From Desulfobacterales bacterium (lineage in GTDB: Bacteria; Desulfobacterota; Desulfobacteria; Desulfobacterales; UBA5852), in contig CAXXVS010000002.1 in NCBI GenBank assembly GCA_963674755.2, positions 1,184,001-1,248,000 of the forward strand: a stretch of DNA of 64,000 nt. Reading direction: 5' to 3'. This document shows positions 8,121 through 18,574 of the stretch, piece after piece; within the stretch, counting starts at the first letter, position 1; the number at the start of each line of letters is the position of its first letter. A program made the position numbers and the translations under genes. The notes below the pieces were generated by a model. That model made no database searches. It saw nothing but the letters and a program-made list of their open reading frames with translations, and was not told the DNA's origin.

Positions 8121-8659
8121 ACTTTCAGGCCTCAGGCAAAGAGCCTATCTCGGCTCACAACCGGACCCGCCCCGCAGAGCAGGACAAGAAACAAGAGCGG
8201 GAAGAGCCGCCGGAAGATGGGTCGCATGATGCCTCCTTTTAAGGGATAAGTAATCGCTTTCATCGGAGAGGATAACTGTTTCCGGTTTTTCTACTGCCAT
8301 TTTTCGACAGGCCCGATCCTATCCCAATCCCCCGGTTTTCGCCACCCGTATACCGGAACCCGGATTCAGGCCCCCTGCCCTTCCAAATACCTGTTTCTAT
8401 CCCCAGGATCACCAATTTCGCTACCTCTTACACATTTCTATTTCCCGGACCTCCTTAAGATGATAGCGTATCAAATGCAAAGAAACCGTGATATTTTCAT
8501 CTGTTATCCTTCCGCATAGTGACTTGTTGGATTTGTTGATTGGTGGAAAAATGAAACACACCCTCCACGTCAGCGAAGATGGTCTGCTCTTCACATTGGA
8601 AGAAGCGATAAACTGGTTAAAAAAATAGTCAGCACGCTTTAGCGCAAGGGAGGAAATCC

Positions 8660-9112
8660 ATGTACCGGTCCATTTTGTTTCCAACCGATTTTTCCGAGAT
8701 GGCCGACAAGTCGCTGAACTACATCGAGCAGCTCAAGGGATCGGGGTGCCGGGAAGTGGTGCTGCTACATGTCATCAACCTGCGCATCATCGACGGTTTG
8801 ATGCGTCATGGCGCGATGGAGGAGCAGCTTGCGCAGTGGGAACGGAAGGCCAGGGAGGTTGCCGAGGAGTCCCTGGTGATGATGAAAAAAAGGCTTGAGC
8901 TAAAAGGGCTGGCGGTGAAACTGATGATCAAGCGGGGATATCCTTCCCATGTCATCCTCGACGTGGAAAAACAGGTGCGGCCGTCCCTGATTGTGGTCGG
9001 CTCCCATGGGCGCTCCAACATCAGCGACATGCTTCTGGGCTCTGTTTCCGACCGGGTTATCCGCAAATCGCGGTATCCCGTCCTTGTCGTCAAGCGGGAC
9101 GAACAAATATGA
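8660..9112 (+). CDS. Universal stress protein
   Basis: ILFPTDFS ... IVVGSHG ... LLGSVSDRVIRKSRYPVLVV. Confidence 0.92.
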   Translation: MYRSILFPTDFSEMADKSLNYIEQLKGSGCREVVLLHVINLRIIDGLMRHGAMEEQLAQWERKAREVAEESLVMMKKRLELKGLAVKLMIKRGYPSHVILDVEKQVRPSLIVVGSHGRSNISDMLLGSVSDRVIRKSRYPVLVVKRDEQI

Positions 9113-9161
9113 TCGGCTGCCGCACGGGCACCTTTGCCCGTTCCGCCCGGTTTCGGCCGCG

Positions 9162-9638
9162 CTATACGATTGCCACGTTGACGCTGTTCTGCCAGATGCC
9201 ATGCATGTTGCATTTGATCTGGACGATCAAGGATACGGTCTTGCCCCGCAGCGTGTCCCCCAGTACCGTATTGAAGCTTGCGGCCGCGTTGCAATAGCCG
9301 TGCGATCGAAAAATGGTGGTGCCGGCCGGTTCGTTGCCGATGTTGAGCTGCAAGTGTTCGATCCAGTGGCTGGGACCCATGGGATGCGGGATTTTGCCGA
9401 TGTCGATCTGGACGGGAAAAGCCTTGCCGGCTTCGATCTTGTCCGGCACGCTGATGACCGGCGAATGGAGCTTTTCCAGGGTGGTTTCCTCCGCCGGATT
9501 TTTCACCCGGTTGATGCCCTGCCAGAGATCTTTTTCCACCTTGCTTGGATAGTATAGCTCCGCCCTTGCCAGTCCGGGCCCGAGCATCGCAAATGCCCCA
9601 CCCCAGGCCGCGGCCTTCAGTACATCTCTCCTCTTCAT
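9162..9638 (-). CDS. Tat-exported class II SORL / desulfoferrodoxin-like iron-binding protein
   Basis: KRRDVLK Tat motif; EKLHSP, PHPMGPSHWIE, KCNMHG. Confidence 0.85.
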   Translation of the reverse strand: MKRRDVLKAAAWGGAFAMLGPGLARAELYYPSKVEKDLWQGINRVKNPAEETTLEKLHSPVISVPDKIEAGKAFPVQIDIGKIPHPMGPSHWIEHLQLNIGNEPAGTTIFRSHGYCNAAASFNTVLGDTLRGKTVSLIVQIKCNMHGIWQNSVNVAIV

Positions 9639-9905
9639 TGGATTCCTCCTTGCGATTCAAAACATAAACCTTAAAAACGGTTTTCAAGCCCCCTTCAAGG
9701 AGGCTTCCTGAGGCTTCCCGCTAGGCGTGAGGAGCCTCACTTTTACCGATCATTGCCAATCTTCACGGCTGGGGCGAAAGAGCGCTTCGGCCTTCTTCTT
9801 GGCAGCCTAAACCAGGAGCCTTGACGTCCATCATTTTCCCGTCTATAAGTGTCATCGTTTAGAGATATTGCTCATTATAATCCGTATTGTCTTAGGAGCC
9901 ACGCA

Positions 9906-10340
9906 ATGGATACAGCGATCGCCGCCCCCGAATTGGATGCCCTCCTGTCCCAATGGACGGACAACGACCAACAATCCAAAAAAACCTTTCAGCACTTCCA
10001 GGACCACCTGGTCCGTAAACCCGATCTGACCTTTGATTTTGTGGCCCGACCCGGCGTTTCCTACTCGCTGCGAGCCAGACATCGCCGCCAAAACCACCGT
10101 CCCTTGTTTGCCATGATCGATATCATCGATGACGACCCGAGTGAGCGTTGGCTTTCCGTCTGTTTTTTCGGCGAGATGATCTCCGACCCGGATGAGATCG
10201 GGGATTTCGTGCCGGAAGGCTTGCTGGGTGAAGATGCCCATTGTTTCGATATCGAGGCATGGGATGACGATCTCGTGGGCTATGTCACCGCACGCCTCGA
10301 CGAAGCGTATGAAAAAGCCTCTCAAGAGGCTGCGGTTTAA
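9906..10340 (+). CDS. Hypothetical protein
   Basis: AGGAG RBS; RPGVSYSLR...WLSVCFF...GLLGEDAHCFD. Confidence 0.7.
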   Translation: MDTAIAAPELDALLSQWTDNDQQSKKTFQHFQDHLVRKPDLTFDFVARPGVSYSLRARHRRQNHRPLFAMIDIIDDDPSERWLSVCFFGEMISDPDEIGDFVPEGLLGEDAHCFDIEAWDDDLVGYVTARLDEAYEKASQEAAV

Positions 10341-10391
10341 TAATGCGACCCGGCCCGGGTTGCAGCTAAAAGCGGCCGGCCAACACCGGAC

Positions 10392-11312
10392 TCAACTTGA
10401 CAGCAGGTAAGACCGCAGATTGGTCCCTTTGCGGTGAAGGCCTAATTTGCGCCGGATATTGAGGCGGTGCATGTCCACGGTGCGGGCGGAAATATTCATG
10501 AGGCCGGCGATTTCCTTGGTGGTGCGGCCATTTTTGACAAAATTGGCCACCTCCATTTCGGCCGGGGTCAATACGGTGAAGCGGGATGCCAAGCCCTTGT
10601 TTTGGGTGGTCGTAATTTCGGCCAGGTTGGCGGACAGCATGGAGACGACCATCTTCTGGCGGTCATTGAGGCCGCTGCTGCGCAGCTTTTCGATGAGGGG
10701 TTCCACAAGCCGTTGCAGATTGGCCGACAAGGCGCTTTCGATCTCCTCCTTATCTTTTTCGCGCATCCTCACCAGGGTCTGCAACGCCAGGTTCATCTCC
10801 TCCAGCCGTGTATTTTTGTTCTTTAACTCCTGCTCCCGGCGTCGCACCTCCTGCTCCGCCTGTTTTTTGGCGGTAATGTCGGCAAGGATGGCAAAACTGC
10901 TCTCGATCCCGTTTCGGCCCCTGTCCAGCACATGTGGGTATACAATGCTGTACTGCGTCTCGCCGCTCTTGCGCTGCCAGGCGATTTCAAAAGAACGGCG
11001 CGGGTGTTCGTCTTCCCCTGAGAGTTTGCGGTAGATGAGTTGGGAGGTTTCCGGTGACAGGAATTCGTGGATTTTGCGCCCCATCAATTCTTCGGCCCGG
11101 AACCCGCTGATCTCTTCAAGGCGTTTGTTCACATAGGTGATACGCTCTTCGCCGTCCATCACGATCAGCCCTTCCGTCATGGTTTCGAAGAGTTTACCAA
11201 TGCGCAGCTCCATATGTTCGTAGCGATCCAGTCTCCGCCGCAGCGCTTCATTTTCTTTTTCCAGCGCTTTCAGACGGTGCCGGTCGGTATCGGATTGCTT
11301 ATCCAGAGGCAT
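10392..11312 (-). CDS. PAS + LuxR-HTH transcriptional regulator
   Basis: PAS (EGLIVMD...ITYVN...ELMG) and HTH LTPAEMEVANFVKNGRTTKEIA...TVDMHRLNIRRKLGL. Confidence 0.9.
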   Translation of the reverse strand: MPLDKQSDTDRHRLKALEKENEALRRRLDRYEHMELRIGKLFETMTEGLIVMDGEERITYVNKRLEEISGFRAEELMGRKIHEFLSPETSQLIYRKLSGEDEHPRRSFEIAWQRKSGETQYSIVYPHVLDRGRNGIESSFAILADITAKKQAEQEVRRREQELKNKNTRLEEMNLALQTLVRMREKDKEEIESALSANLQRLVEPLIEKLRSSGLNDRQKMVVSMLSANLAEITTTQNKGLASRFTVLTPAEMEVANFVKNGRTTKEIAGLMNISARTVDMHRLNIRRKLGLHRKGTNLRSYLLSS

Positions 11313-11331
11313 GCGGCTCCATTCTCCCTGA

Positions 11332-12255
11332 TTAGGCGGCCGGCGAGGGGCTGTCCGTGATGCCGATCCCATAGAGCGCCCGGGCCGTGTCCGCCAGGAT
11401 CCACCGCAGGGCGTCTTCCGGCAGCCCCAGGGCATCGATCCCCCGCAGCTCCCGATCCCAGGCATAGGGGATATTGGGGAAATCCGTGCCGAACATCAGC
11501 CGCTCCGGACGCAGGCGGCTGATATCCGGCGGGTTTTCCACGGGCAGATAATCGGCCAGCATCATGGTGGTATCCAGCCACAAATGATCGAAGCGCTCCT
11601 GCAGGCGGCGGTAGGCCTCGAATTCATCGGCACCCAGATGGGGCACCACCAGTTTCAACTCCGGATAGGTTTCCAGAACCTGCTCCACGAAAGTCCAATG
11701 GCAGATTTCATAGGGATCGCAGGCATAGGCCGGGCTCTTGGGCTCGCGGCCGGCGTGGATGACCAGGGGCAGACCCCACGCGGCGCAAACCCGGTAGACG
11801 TCATGCATCCCCGGGCTGTCCATCCGGAAGCACTGGACATGGCTGTGCAGCTTGACGCCTTTGAGGCCGGCCCTGAAAGCTGTTTCCAAAATGTCAGGGG
11901 TCCCGGGTTCTCCGGGGAATACCGTGGCCAGGCCGGTCACGGCGCGGGATCGCCGGACAAGGTCCACCATATAGCGGTTGAGCTCCCGGGCGATCCCGGG
12001 TTTGTGGGCGTACTGCAGGGCCACGATGTGGCCAACCCCCCGCTGGAGAAGAAATGCCAGCAAATCATCGGTATAAAGACGATAGCGGATCGGCCAGCCG
12101 AACTGGTCGAACCAGCCCCAGACCGCATCGAACAGCAGATCGGGGAACACATGCACGTGGGTATCCACCACCATGGGCAGATGATCGGGAACGCGGTTCC
12201 CTTCGGGGTCGTCGAGTTTGGGCAGCGGAAGATCGACCATGTCAGCAATTTCCAT
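11332..12255 (-). CDS. Amidohydrolase family protein
   Basis: VDTHVH, GVKLH, VVPHLG, MFGTDFP. Confidence 0.88.
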   Translation of the reverse strand: MEIADMVDLPLPKLDDPEGNRVPDHLPMVVDTHVHVFPDLLFDAVWGWFDQFGWPIRYRLYTDDLLAFLLQRGVGHIVALQYAHKPGIARELNRYMVDLVRRSRAVTGLATVFPGEPGTPDILETAFRAGLKGVKLHSHVQCFRMDSPGMHDVYRVCAAWGLPLVIHAGREPKSPAYACDPYEICHWTFVEQVLETYPELKLVVPHLGADEFEAYRRLQERFDHLWLDTTMMLADYLPVENPPDISRLRPERLMFGTDFPNIPYAWDRELRGIDALGLPEDALRWILADTARALYGIGITDSPSPAA

Positions 12256-13162
12256 CGTGACGTCCGGTGCTGTGCCGCAATTGCCGCCGCACCCAGGCCA
12301 GCCCGAGGCGTCCTTTCACATTCTGCAGGCGCAGGGCCAGGGGCAGAACCGGCAGCATCGCAGGAACCAGGTAGCATATCTTGCTCAGGACCATAAACAA
12401 TTCCCGCAGGTCCGCAACCCTGAACCAGACCGCCCTCCCCTCCTGGATCAATCCCCAGCGTCGGGCCGCTTGGCGGGCGGCGCTGGTTCCCTCCCGGAAG
12501 ACCACGCGGATGTCGAAGGGACCGGTGCCGGTCAAGGGTCGGGTCGCCTCGTTGAACAGAGCCGCTACGGCCCTGTCGGCCAGCTTGCGGCGCCAGGAGC
12601 AGGCATCGAAATGCTCCACACCGTTGCGCTTGTCGATCGGGAAAGTGGTGACTCCCGGAATTTCCTGGGCGGCCTGGCTACAGGCCTCCGGACAGCCCGA
12701 AAAAAACACCGGACGGATGCCGTAGGGTGCCAGCAGAGCGGCAAAAAGCGCCACCTCAGGCAGGGACCGGCCGTCCACCCGAACATCGGCCAGACGCGAT
12801 GTCATGGTATGTGGCAAAAACCCCCGGGTGCCGGAAGCGGCATGCAATCCCAGAAAAAAGACCGCCTCGGCCCGGTCTGGGTCTCCCATGGCAGGCACCG
12901 GTCCCGTCCGGTAGCCGCTCTCTAACCGGGCCCGCGGATGGATTCCTTCCGCCAGGATATTATAGCCCGTGCGGTGGAAATCTTTAATGAGGATATCCTC
13001 GGCGCCGGCATCGAACAGGGCCTGGACAACGGCCTGCACATCCCGGGTCATGGCCTCGCAGGCCAGGGCCCATTCCTTGCACAGAAAGGCGGATGCGGCA
13101 TAGTTCCAGCACCCTGAACTGCCCTCGATGTCGGCAACGATCAGGACGCGGCGGAAGGACAT
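12242..13162 (-). CDS. M55 D-aminopeptidase (DppA)-like protein
   Basis: ADIEGSSG ... KDFH ... LGLHA ... FLPHT. The true start MSFRR at 13162 overlaps the upstream gene. Confidence 0.75.
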   Translation of the reverse strand: MSFRRVLIVADIEGSSGCWNYAASAFLCKEWALACEAMTRDVQAVVQALFDAGAEDILIKDFHRTGYNILAEGIHPRARLESGYRTGPVPAMGDPDRAEAVFFLGLHAASGTRGFLPHTMTSRLADVRVDGRSLPEVALFAALLAPYGIRPVFFSGCPEACSQAAQEIPGVTTFPIDKRNGVEHFDACSWRRKLADRAVAALFNEATRPLTGTGPFDIRVVFREGTSAARQAARRWGLIQEGRAVWFRVADLRELFMVLSKICYLVPAMLPVLPLALRLQNVKGRLGLAWVRRQLRHSTGRHDGNC

Positions 13163-14199
13163 GCGGCCAGGATCCTCTTGAGCTCCGCGATAAAATGACG
13201 GATGTCGTCCTCGGTGGTGTCGAAGGAGGTCATCCAGCGGACTTCGGATGTGGCGTCGTTCCAGACATAAAAGGGGCAGACCGCCTGGAGCGGTGCAATG
13301 ACCGCCTGCGGAACCCGGGCGAAGACGCCGTTGGACTCCACCGGCCGGCTCACGCGGATCTCCGGGAATTCCCCCAGGGCCTCGGCCAGCAGGGCCGCCA
13401 TGCGGTTGGCATGGGCGGCGCAGCGCCGCCAGAGATCGTTGGTCAGCAGGGCCTGGAACTGGGCGGCGATGAACCGCATTTTGCTGGCCAGCTGCATGCC
13501 CTGTTTGCGGCGATATTTGAAGCTGCAGGCCAGATCGGTATTGAAAAAGACGATGGCTTCGCCCACCATCATACCGTTTTTGGTTCCGCCGAAGGACAGA
13601 ACATCCACCCCGCAGTCGGCCGTCAGGGTGCGCAAATCGGTACCCAGATGGGCGGCGGCATTGGCCAGGCGGGCGCCGTCCATATGGAGGACCATCTGAT
13701 GGCGGTGGGCCAGCTCGGCAATGGCCTGGATTTCCTCCGCGCGATAGACCGTTCCCAATTCCGTGGCCTGGGTGATGGAGACCACCCGGGGCTGGGCATG
13801 GTGCTCGAAGCCGAAACCGTGCAAGTGCCGGCCGATGCCCTCGCAGGTCAGCTTGCCGTCCGGAGTCGGTACAGTGAGCAGTTTGCAGCCGGTATGACGC
13901 TCCGGTGCGCCGCATTCGTCCACGTTGATATGGGCGGTTTCGGCACAGATGACCGCCTGGTAGGGCGCGCTGGCCGCCTGCAGGGAGAGCACGTTGGCCG
14001 CAGTCCCCAGGAAGACGAAATAGACGTCGACCGCTTGCCCGAACTGCTCCCGGAAACTTTGCACGGCCGCGGCCGTGCAAGGATCGTCCCCATAGGCCAC
14101 GGCATGGCCTTCATTGGCCGCGACGATGGCCTTTAGAATATCGGGGTGAATGCCGGCATAATTGTCACTGGCAAGGCCCCGCCAAACACCTTCCATCAT
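13141..14199 (-). CDS. ltaE: Low-specificity L-threonine aldolase
   Basis: ASDNYAG, GTAAN, HMDGARLANA, FGGTKNG. Confidence 0.92.
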   Translation of the reverse strand: MMEGVWRGLASDNYAGIHPDILKAIVAANEGHAVAYGDDPCTAAAVQSFREQFGQAVDVYFVFLGTAANVLSLQAASAPYQAVICAETAHINVDECGAPERHTGCKLLTVPTPDGKLTCEGIGRHLHGFGFEHHAQPRVVSITQATELGTVYRAEEIQAIAELAHRHQMVLHMDGARLANAAAHLGTDLRTLTADCGVDVLSFGGTKNGMMVGEAIVFFNTDLACSFKYRRKQGMQLASKMRFIAAQFQALLTNDLWRRCAAHANRMAALLAEALGEFPEIRVSRPVESNGVFARVPQAVIAPLQAVCPFYVWNDATSEVRWMTSFDTTEDDIRHFIAELKRILAACPSAAS

Positions 14200-14288
14200 A
14201 TGGCACCGCTCCGCTTAGGATTTTGTCATGGGCGAATCTGAGGTGTAGCTTATTCTACTGCCCTGGGCAACCCCGACCAAACGACCGC

Positions 14289-15590
14289 TTACCCCTTTGG
14301 AAGGGCACTTCCGCCCCGGCGGCCTTCCTTCAAAGGCCGTCGGTCATTCGGAAGACCGGCTTGCCGCTGAATGGCCGCGACGCGCTGCATGACCGGTGGA
14401 TGGGAATAATGGAGAAAAACATAAAACGGATGGGGGGACAGGTTGGACAGGTGGTGAACGGAGAGCTTCTGCAGGGCCCCGGCCAGGGCCGGCCCGTGGC
14501 CGCTGGTGGCAACCGCATAGCGATCGGCCGCATATTCGTTGCGCCGCGAGATCATCATGGCCAGGATGCCGGTGAAAAAATCCACCGGGGCATAGAGCAG
14601 GCCGAATAGGGTCAGTCCGGCATAGACCGACGCATGGGGCATGAAAAAGGCGTCAAAAAGGGCCGGCTGACCGATGCACAGGGACAACAGGTAGAACATG
14701 ATCCCGGTCTGGGCGATCCCCATGACCAACCCCATGAGGACATGGTGTTTTTTGTAGTGCCCCATTTCATGGGCCAGGATGGCCACCAGCTCGCTGCGCT
14801 CATGCTGCGCCACCAGGGTATCGAACAGGACGATGCGCTTGTGCCGGCCGAACCCCGTGAAAAAAGCATTGCCTTTGCCGGAGCGTTTGGAGCCGTCCAT
14901 CACGAATACGTTCTGGAGCGGGAAGTCGATGGAACGGGCATAGCGGCGGATGTCCGCTTCCAGTTCGGCGTCCTTCAGGGGCTCGAACCGGTTGAACAAC
15001 GGCATGATCCAGGTTGGGGCGACATACTGCATGACAAGCATGTAAGCGATCACCACGCCCCAGGAATACAGCCAGGCCAGCGGGCCCGCCGCCTGAAAAA
15101 AGAACAGGATACCCGCCAGAAGCGGCGCTCCCAGAAGAACGCCCAGGATGGCGCCCTTGACCCGGTCCACGAAAAAGGTGCGCCAGGTCGTACGGTTGAA
15201 GCCGAAGCGCTCTTCGATGACAAAAGTGCTGTAAATGCTGAACGGTAGCGACAGGACAAGTCGCAGGACGGCCAGAATGCTGATAAAGACCAGGCCGGAA
15301 AAAATCGGTCCCCACTGGAAGGAACGCACCCAGGCATCCAGGACGGGGAAGCCCCGGCCAAACCAGAAAATCAGAATGGCGCCCAGCTGGATGGCCTCGG
15401 CCAGGCGCCCGAAGCGGGTGTTGACCCGCAGATAGGCCTGGGACCGCGGGTAGTCCCCGTTTTTAAACAACGCTTTGAACGCGTCCGGCGGCTTATCCGG
15501 TTGAGCCTTGAGGTTGAGATGATCGGCCACCCAATTCAATCCGAAATCGAGCAGCAGGGCCGCCAGGACGACCCAGGCAATCCAGTTCAT
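14289..15590 (-). CDS. M48 (Ste24-like) membrane metallopeptidase
   Basis: DGSKRS, NAFFTG, AHEMGH, EYAAD, SHPP. Confidence 0.92.
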   Translation of the reverse strand: MNWIAWVVLAALLLDFGLNWVADHLNLKAQPDKPPDAFKALFKNGDYPRSQAYLRVNTRFGRLAEAIQLGAILIFWFGRGFPVLDAWVRSFQWGPIFSGLVFISILAVLRLVLSLPFSIYSTFVIEERFGFNRTTWRTFFVDRVKGAILGVLLGAPLLAGILFFFQAAGPLAWLYSWGVVIAYMLVMQYVAPTWIMPLFNRFEPLKDAELEADIRRYARSIDFPLQNVFVMDGSKRSGKGNAFFTGFGRHKRIVLFDTLVAQHERSELVAILAHEMGHYKKHHVLMGLVMGIAQTGIMFYLLSLCIGQPALFDAFFMPHASVYAGLTLFGLLYAPVDFFTGILAMMISRRNEYAADRYAVATSGHGPALAGALQKLSVHHLSNLSPHPFYVFLHYSHPPVMQRVAAIQRQAGLPNDRRPLKEGRRGGSALPKG

Positions 15591-15774
15591 GATAGTCACT
15601 CCCGGAATTAATAAGGGCGGCCCTTTAGCAGGCCGCCCTTTCCTACGAGGAGATTGAAGGCGGTTCGCCAACCGCCTTCCGCATTAATTTAGAACCGACT
15701 CTGCGCCTGTCAAGGATCGACCCCATGGCGCCTATGCCAGCTGGGGATGGACGTTCGCAGCGCGCAGCAAGGCG

Positions 15775-17946
15775 CTATTGTTTCAGGCCGTCGCGGATAT
15801 CATCCACAAAGTTGCCGATGACGCGATAGACCTGCTCGCAGCCCGGTCCCAGGAGAATCCCATGGCGGCTGAGGTTGAAGAGAATGTATTTTTTCGCACT
15901 GGACCCCAGCTTGTCGAATACCCGCCGGGAGCCGCGGGGATCCACCACCGGGTCGGCAGCGGATTGGACCACCACCGCCGGCACCTGGACTTCGCCGAGA
16001 CGGGTTTCCACATGATCCATCAGGCGTTCGAGTTCATGGATCCCGGCCACCGGATTGCGGGTGTAGTTGATGTGCGGATTTTCCGGCTGATTGTCGATGA
16101 ATTCCCTGCGGGCGCCGTTGCTGTGGACTTTGCGCATCAGGCGGTTCCACATATCCATGGCCGGTACGAAGCGGGCGGAATAGTCCTGCAGTTGCAGGGG
16201 CGGGCTGACCGCGAAAACACCCCTGATGGCCCGGATGCGGGAAGCCGCCTCCAGCGCCAAACCGGCCCCGTTGCTGAAGCCGCCCAGCACCACATGACGG
16301 CAGGCGCAGGCCATCATGGCGTAGGCCTCCTCCACGCTGCGGATCCATTCCCGATAGGTTCGGCCGGCCAGGTCTTCCGGCGCGGTGCCGTGCCCCTTGA
16401 CCCGCGGCGCGTAAACCCAATAACCTTTGCGGTTGAGATAGGTGGCCAGCCCGCGCACCTCTTCCGGGGCGGCCATATAGCCATGTACCACCACCACACC
16501 GATGCGGTGGGAACGCCCCCTTTTGAAAATCGGACGGCCGATATGATGGGGTTTGGATTCGCCCTCCACATAAAAGGTATCGTAATCCTGCCGGAATTCC
16601 CGCATCGCCCGATCGCGGAGGAAACCTGCGATTTTGCGCCGGGTCCAGAAGGCGGGCTGCCAGGCGATCCGGCGGATTGATTGCTGAAGGGTCTTGAGGG
16701 GCTCGATCTCGTTGGCCATGACCCACAGCGGGTTGTCGATGCGCGCCCGATGGAAATCAAAGGGTTCCCCCAGCCGCGAATGGTTTTTGACCAGCTTGTC
16801 ATCCTTGCTCCGCACAACATCCGTCTGCAACGCCAGCGCCTTGAAATCCTTGAATTTATCATACTGATCATCGGTCAGCAGCGGCAGTTGGCTCTCCTTG
16901 AGACTGCGATGGTAGTGGTTGCGGTCCAGCGCCGTGCATTGCTGTGTCAGCAGGTAGACTTTGCGTTTCAGGTCGTCCGGCCTAACGCTGCGAAAAGGAA
17001 TCCGGCGCAGCATGGCGGCAAACAAATGATCATGGTTGACCGTGGTCAGGCGGTAAATCTCCTCCATGTAGCGCTGCATGATGGCAAGGGCCTCGCGGCG
17101 CATCTGCTTGCGCGAAGCCAGGGAATCGTCGAAATTGATGACCTTCCGGCTGCCGATGTCCTGTTCGATCTTGTGGCAGGCCAGACATTCATTGACCGGG
17201 ATGGCCTCTCCGAAACGCAGATCGATGTCGACGCCCGACAAAAACATGGTGCCTTCGGCCATCAGTTCTTCCACGAAACGTTCGGAGATATTCTCGTTGA
17301 ACTTGCGGGCCAGTTCGCTCAGGGCGTTTTCCTTGGCGCGTATGGGATAATAGGTAAGATTGGCCGGCACGATATAGGTGTGCCCTGCCAGAAGGGAGGT
17401 GGGGTCTTCGATTTGGAATTGATCAAGAATCCGCCGGGCTTCTCCGGGGGACTCCGTGAGCAGACGATGAATGCGCTGCCGGTAGAACTCGGTGCGCAGG
17501 GCCAGTGTGGCGGCGCCGGTGTGGGGCGGGTGTTTCCCTCCGGCATAGGAAATCATATAGCGGCCCTTTTCAACAATTTTCTTGCTTTTCACCATGCGGC
17601 CTTCGGGATAGATGACCCAGGCCGCTTCGCCGGTGAGCAGGGATCGTACGATGAGGCGGTCCCGGTCGGGATCGCGCGTGGAAACGGCCCCTACCTTGTC
17701 GAGATAGGTTCCCAGAGCGCCTTTGAAAAGCTCGACATCGGCCAGGGACCAGACCGGCAAATGGGTCAGCTGGTTGAGCCAGTAAGGCAGCAGCATGGTT
17801 TCGATGCGGGTAAAATGGTTGACCACGAAGAGGAGTGACCCGTCGCGCGGAATGCTTTCGCTGTTGTGCATATTGAGGCGCGCCCGGGAAAACCAGGAAA
17901 ACGCTTTCAGGGCCAGGCCTGTGGTACGGTAGGCGAATCGGTTCAT
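15775..17946 (-). CDS. PlsC-like acyltransferase fused to an alpha/beta hydrolase
   Basis: N-terminal VVNHFTRIE and YPEG; C-terminal VHGY, GFSNG, DPVV and H. Confidence 0.82.
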   Translation of the reverse strand: MNRFAYRTTGLALKAFSWFSRARLNMHNSESIPRDGSLLFVVNHFTRIETMLLPYWLNQLTHLPVWSLADVELFKGALGTYLDKVGAVSTRDPDRDRLIVRSLLTGEAAWVIYPEGRMVKSKKIVEKGRYMISYAGGKHPPHTGAATLALRTEFYRQRIHRLLTESPGEARRILDQFQIEDPTSLLAGHTYIVPANLTYYPIRAKENALSELARKFNENISERFVEELMAEGTMFLSGVDIDLRFGEAIPVNECLACHKIEQDIGSRKVINFDDSLASRKQMRREALAIMQRYMEEIYRLTTVNHDHLFAAMLRRIPFRSVRPDDLKRKVYLLTQQCTALDRNHYHRSLKESQLPLLTDDQYDKFKDFKALALQTDVVRSKDDKLVKNHSRLGEPFDFHRARIDNPLWVMANEIEPLKTLQQSIRRIAWQPAFWTRRKIAGFLRDRAMREFRQDYDTFYVEGESKPHHIGRPIFKRGRSHRIGVVVVHGYMAAPEEVRGLATYLNRKGYWVYAPRVKGHGTAPEDLAGRTYREWIRSVEEAYAMMACACRHVVLGGFSNGAGLALEAASRIRAIRGVFAVSPPLQLQDYSARFVPAMDMWNRLMRKVHSNGARREFIDNQPENPHINYTRNPVAGIHELERLMDHVETRLGEVQVPAVVVQSAADPVVDPRGSRRVFDKLGSSAKKYILFNLSRHGILLGPGCEQVYRVIGNFVDDIRDGLKQ

Positions 17947-18145
17947 GGATGAATTATCGGCTATCCGGCAATAGGGGTAAGCGTCATTCCTTCAACTATA
18001 ATAAAAACCTTCTGTTGAAGCAACGCCAGTCGATGAGCGTCAACTGGGCAAAGGCATCTGAAAAAGCCGTCCAGCAACGGATGCAAGTTGACAGTTTTGC
18101 CAAATATCGTTAGGTTAGCACCCTTTATGGCACCAGGAGGACAGT

Positions 18146-18574
18146 GTGTATTCCAAAATCTTGATCCTGCGGTTTTCACAAACAGTGGCCCACCAGCCGA
18201 TTGTCTGCAATCTCACCAAACGCTTCGATCTGACCTTCAACATCCTGAACGCCACCATTCTGCCGCGCAAAGAAGGCGTCATGGTGCTGGAGCTTGCGGG
18301 AGAAAAAAAACTGTTTCGCGAAGGCGTCAACTACCTCAAAGCCCAGGGCGTCAAGGTGCAAAACGCCGACCAGGAGATCAAGCGCGACAAGACCAAATGC
18401 ACCCACTGCGGCGCCTGCACCGCGGTTTGCCCAACCGGGGCGCTGTTTATCCAACGCCCCGAAATGTCGGTCGACTTCGATCAGCGCAAATGCAGTCTCT
18501 GTGAACTTTGTCTGACCGCGTGTCCGTCACGTGCCATGTCGGTTCGCCCGACGCAGAAAATCTTTTTTGACTGA
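18146..18574 (+). CDS. NIL domain + 2x[4Fe-4S] ferredoxin
   Basis: CTHCGACTAVCP and CSLCELCLTACP. Confidence 0.88.
   Translation: MYSKILILRFSQTVAHQPIVCNLTKRFDLTFNILNATILPRKEGVMVLELAGEKKLFREGVNYLKAQGVKVQNADQEIKRDKTKCTHCGACTAVCPTGALFIQRPEMSVDFDQRKCSLCELCLTACPSRAMSVRPTQKIFFD

Noticed and set aside
12242..14080. 612-aa fusion ORF
   Set aside because: The N-terminal half is an alternate frame over the threonine aldolase gene; the real M55-like gene starts at 13162.
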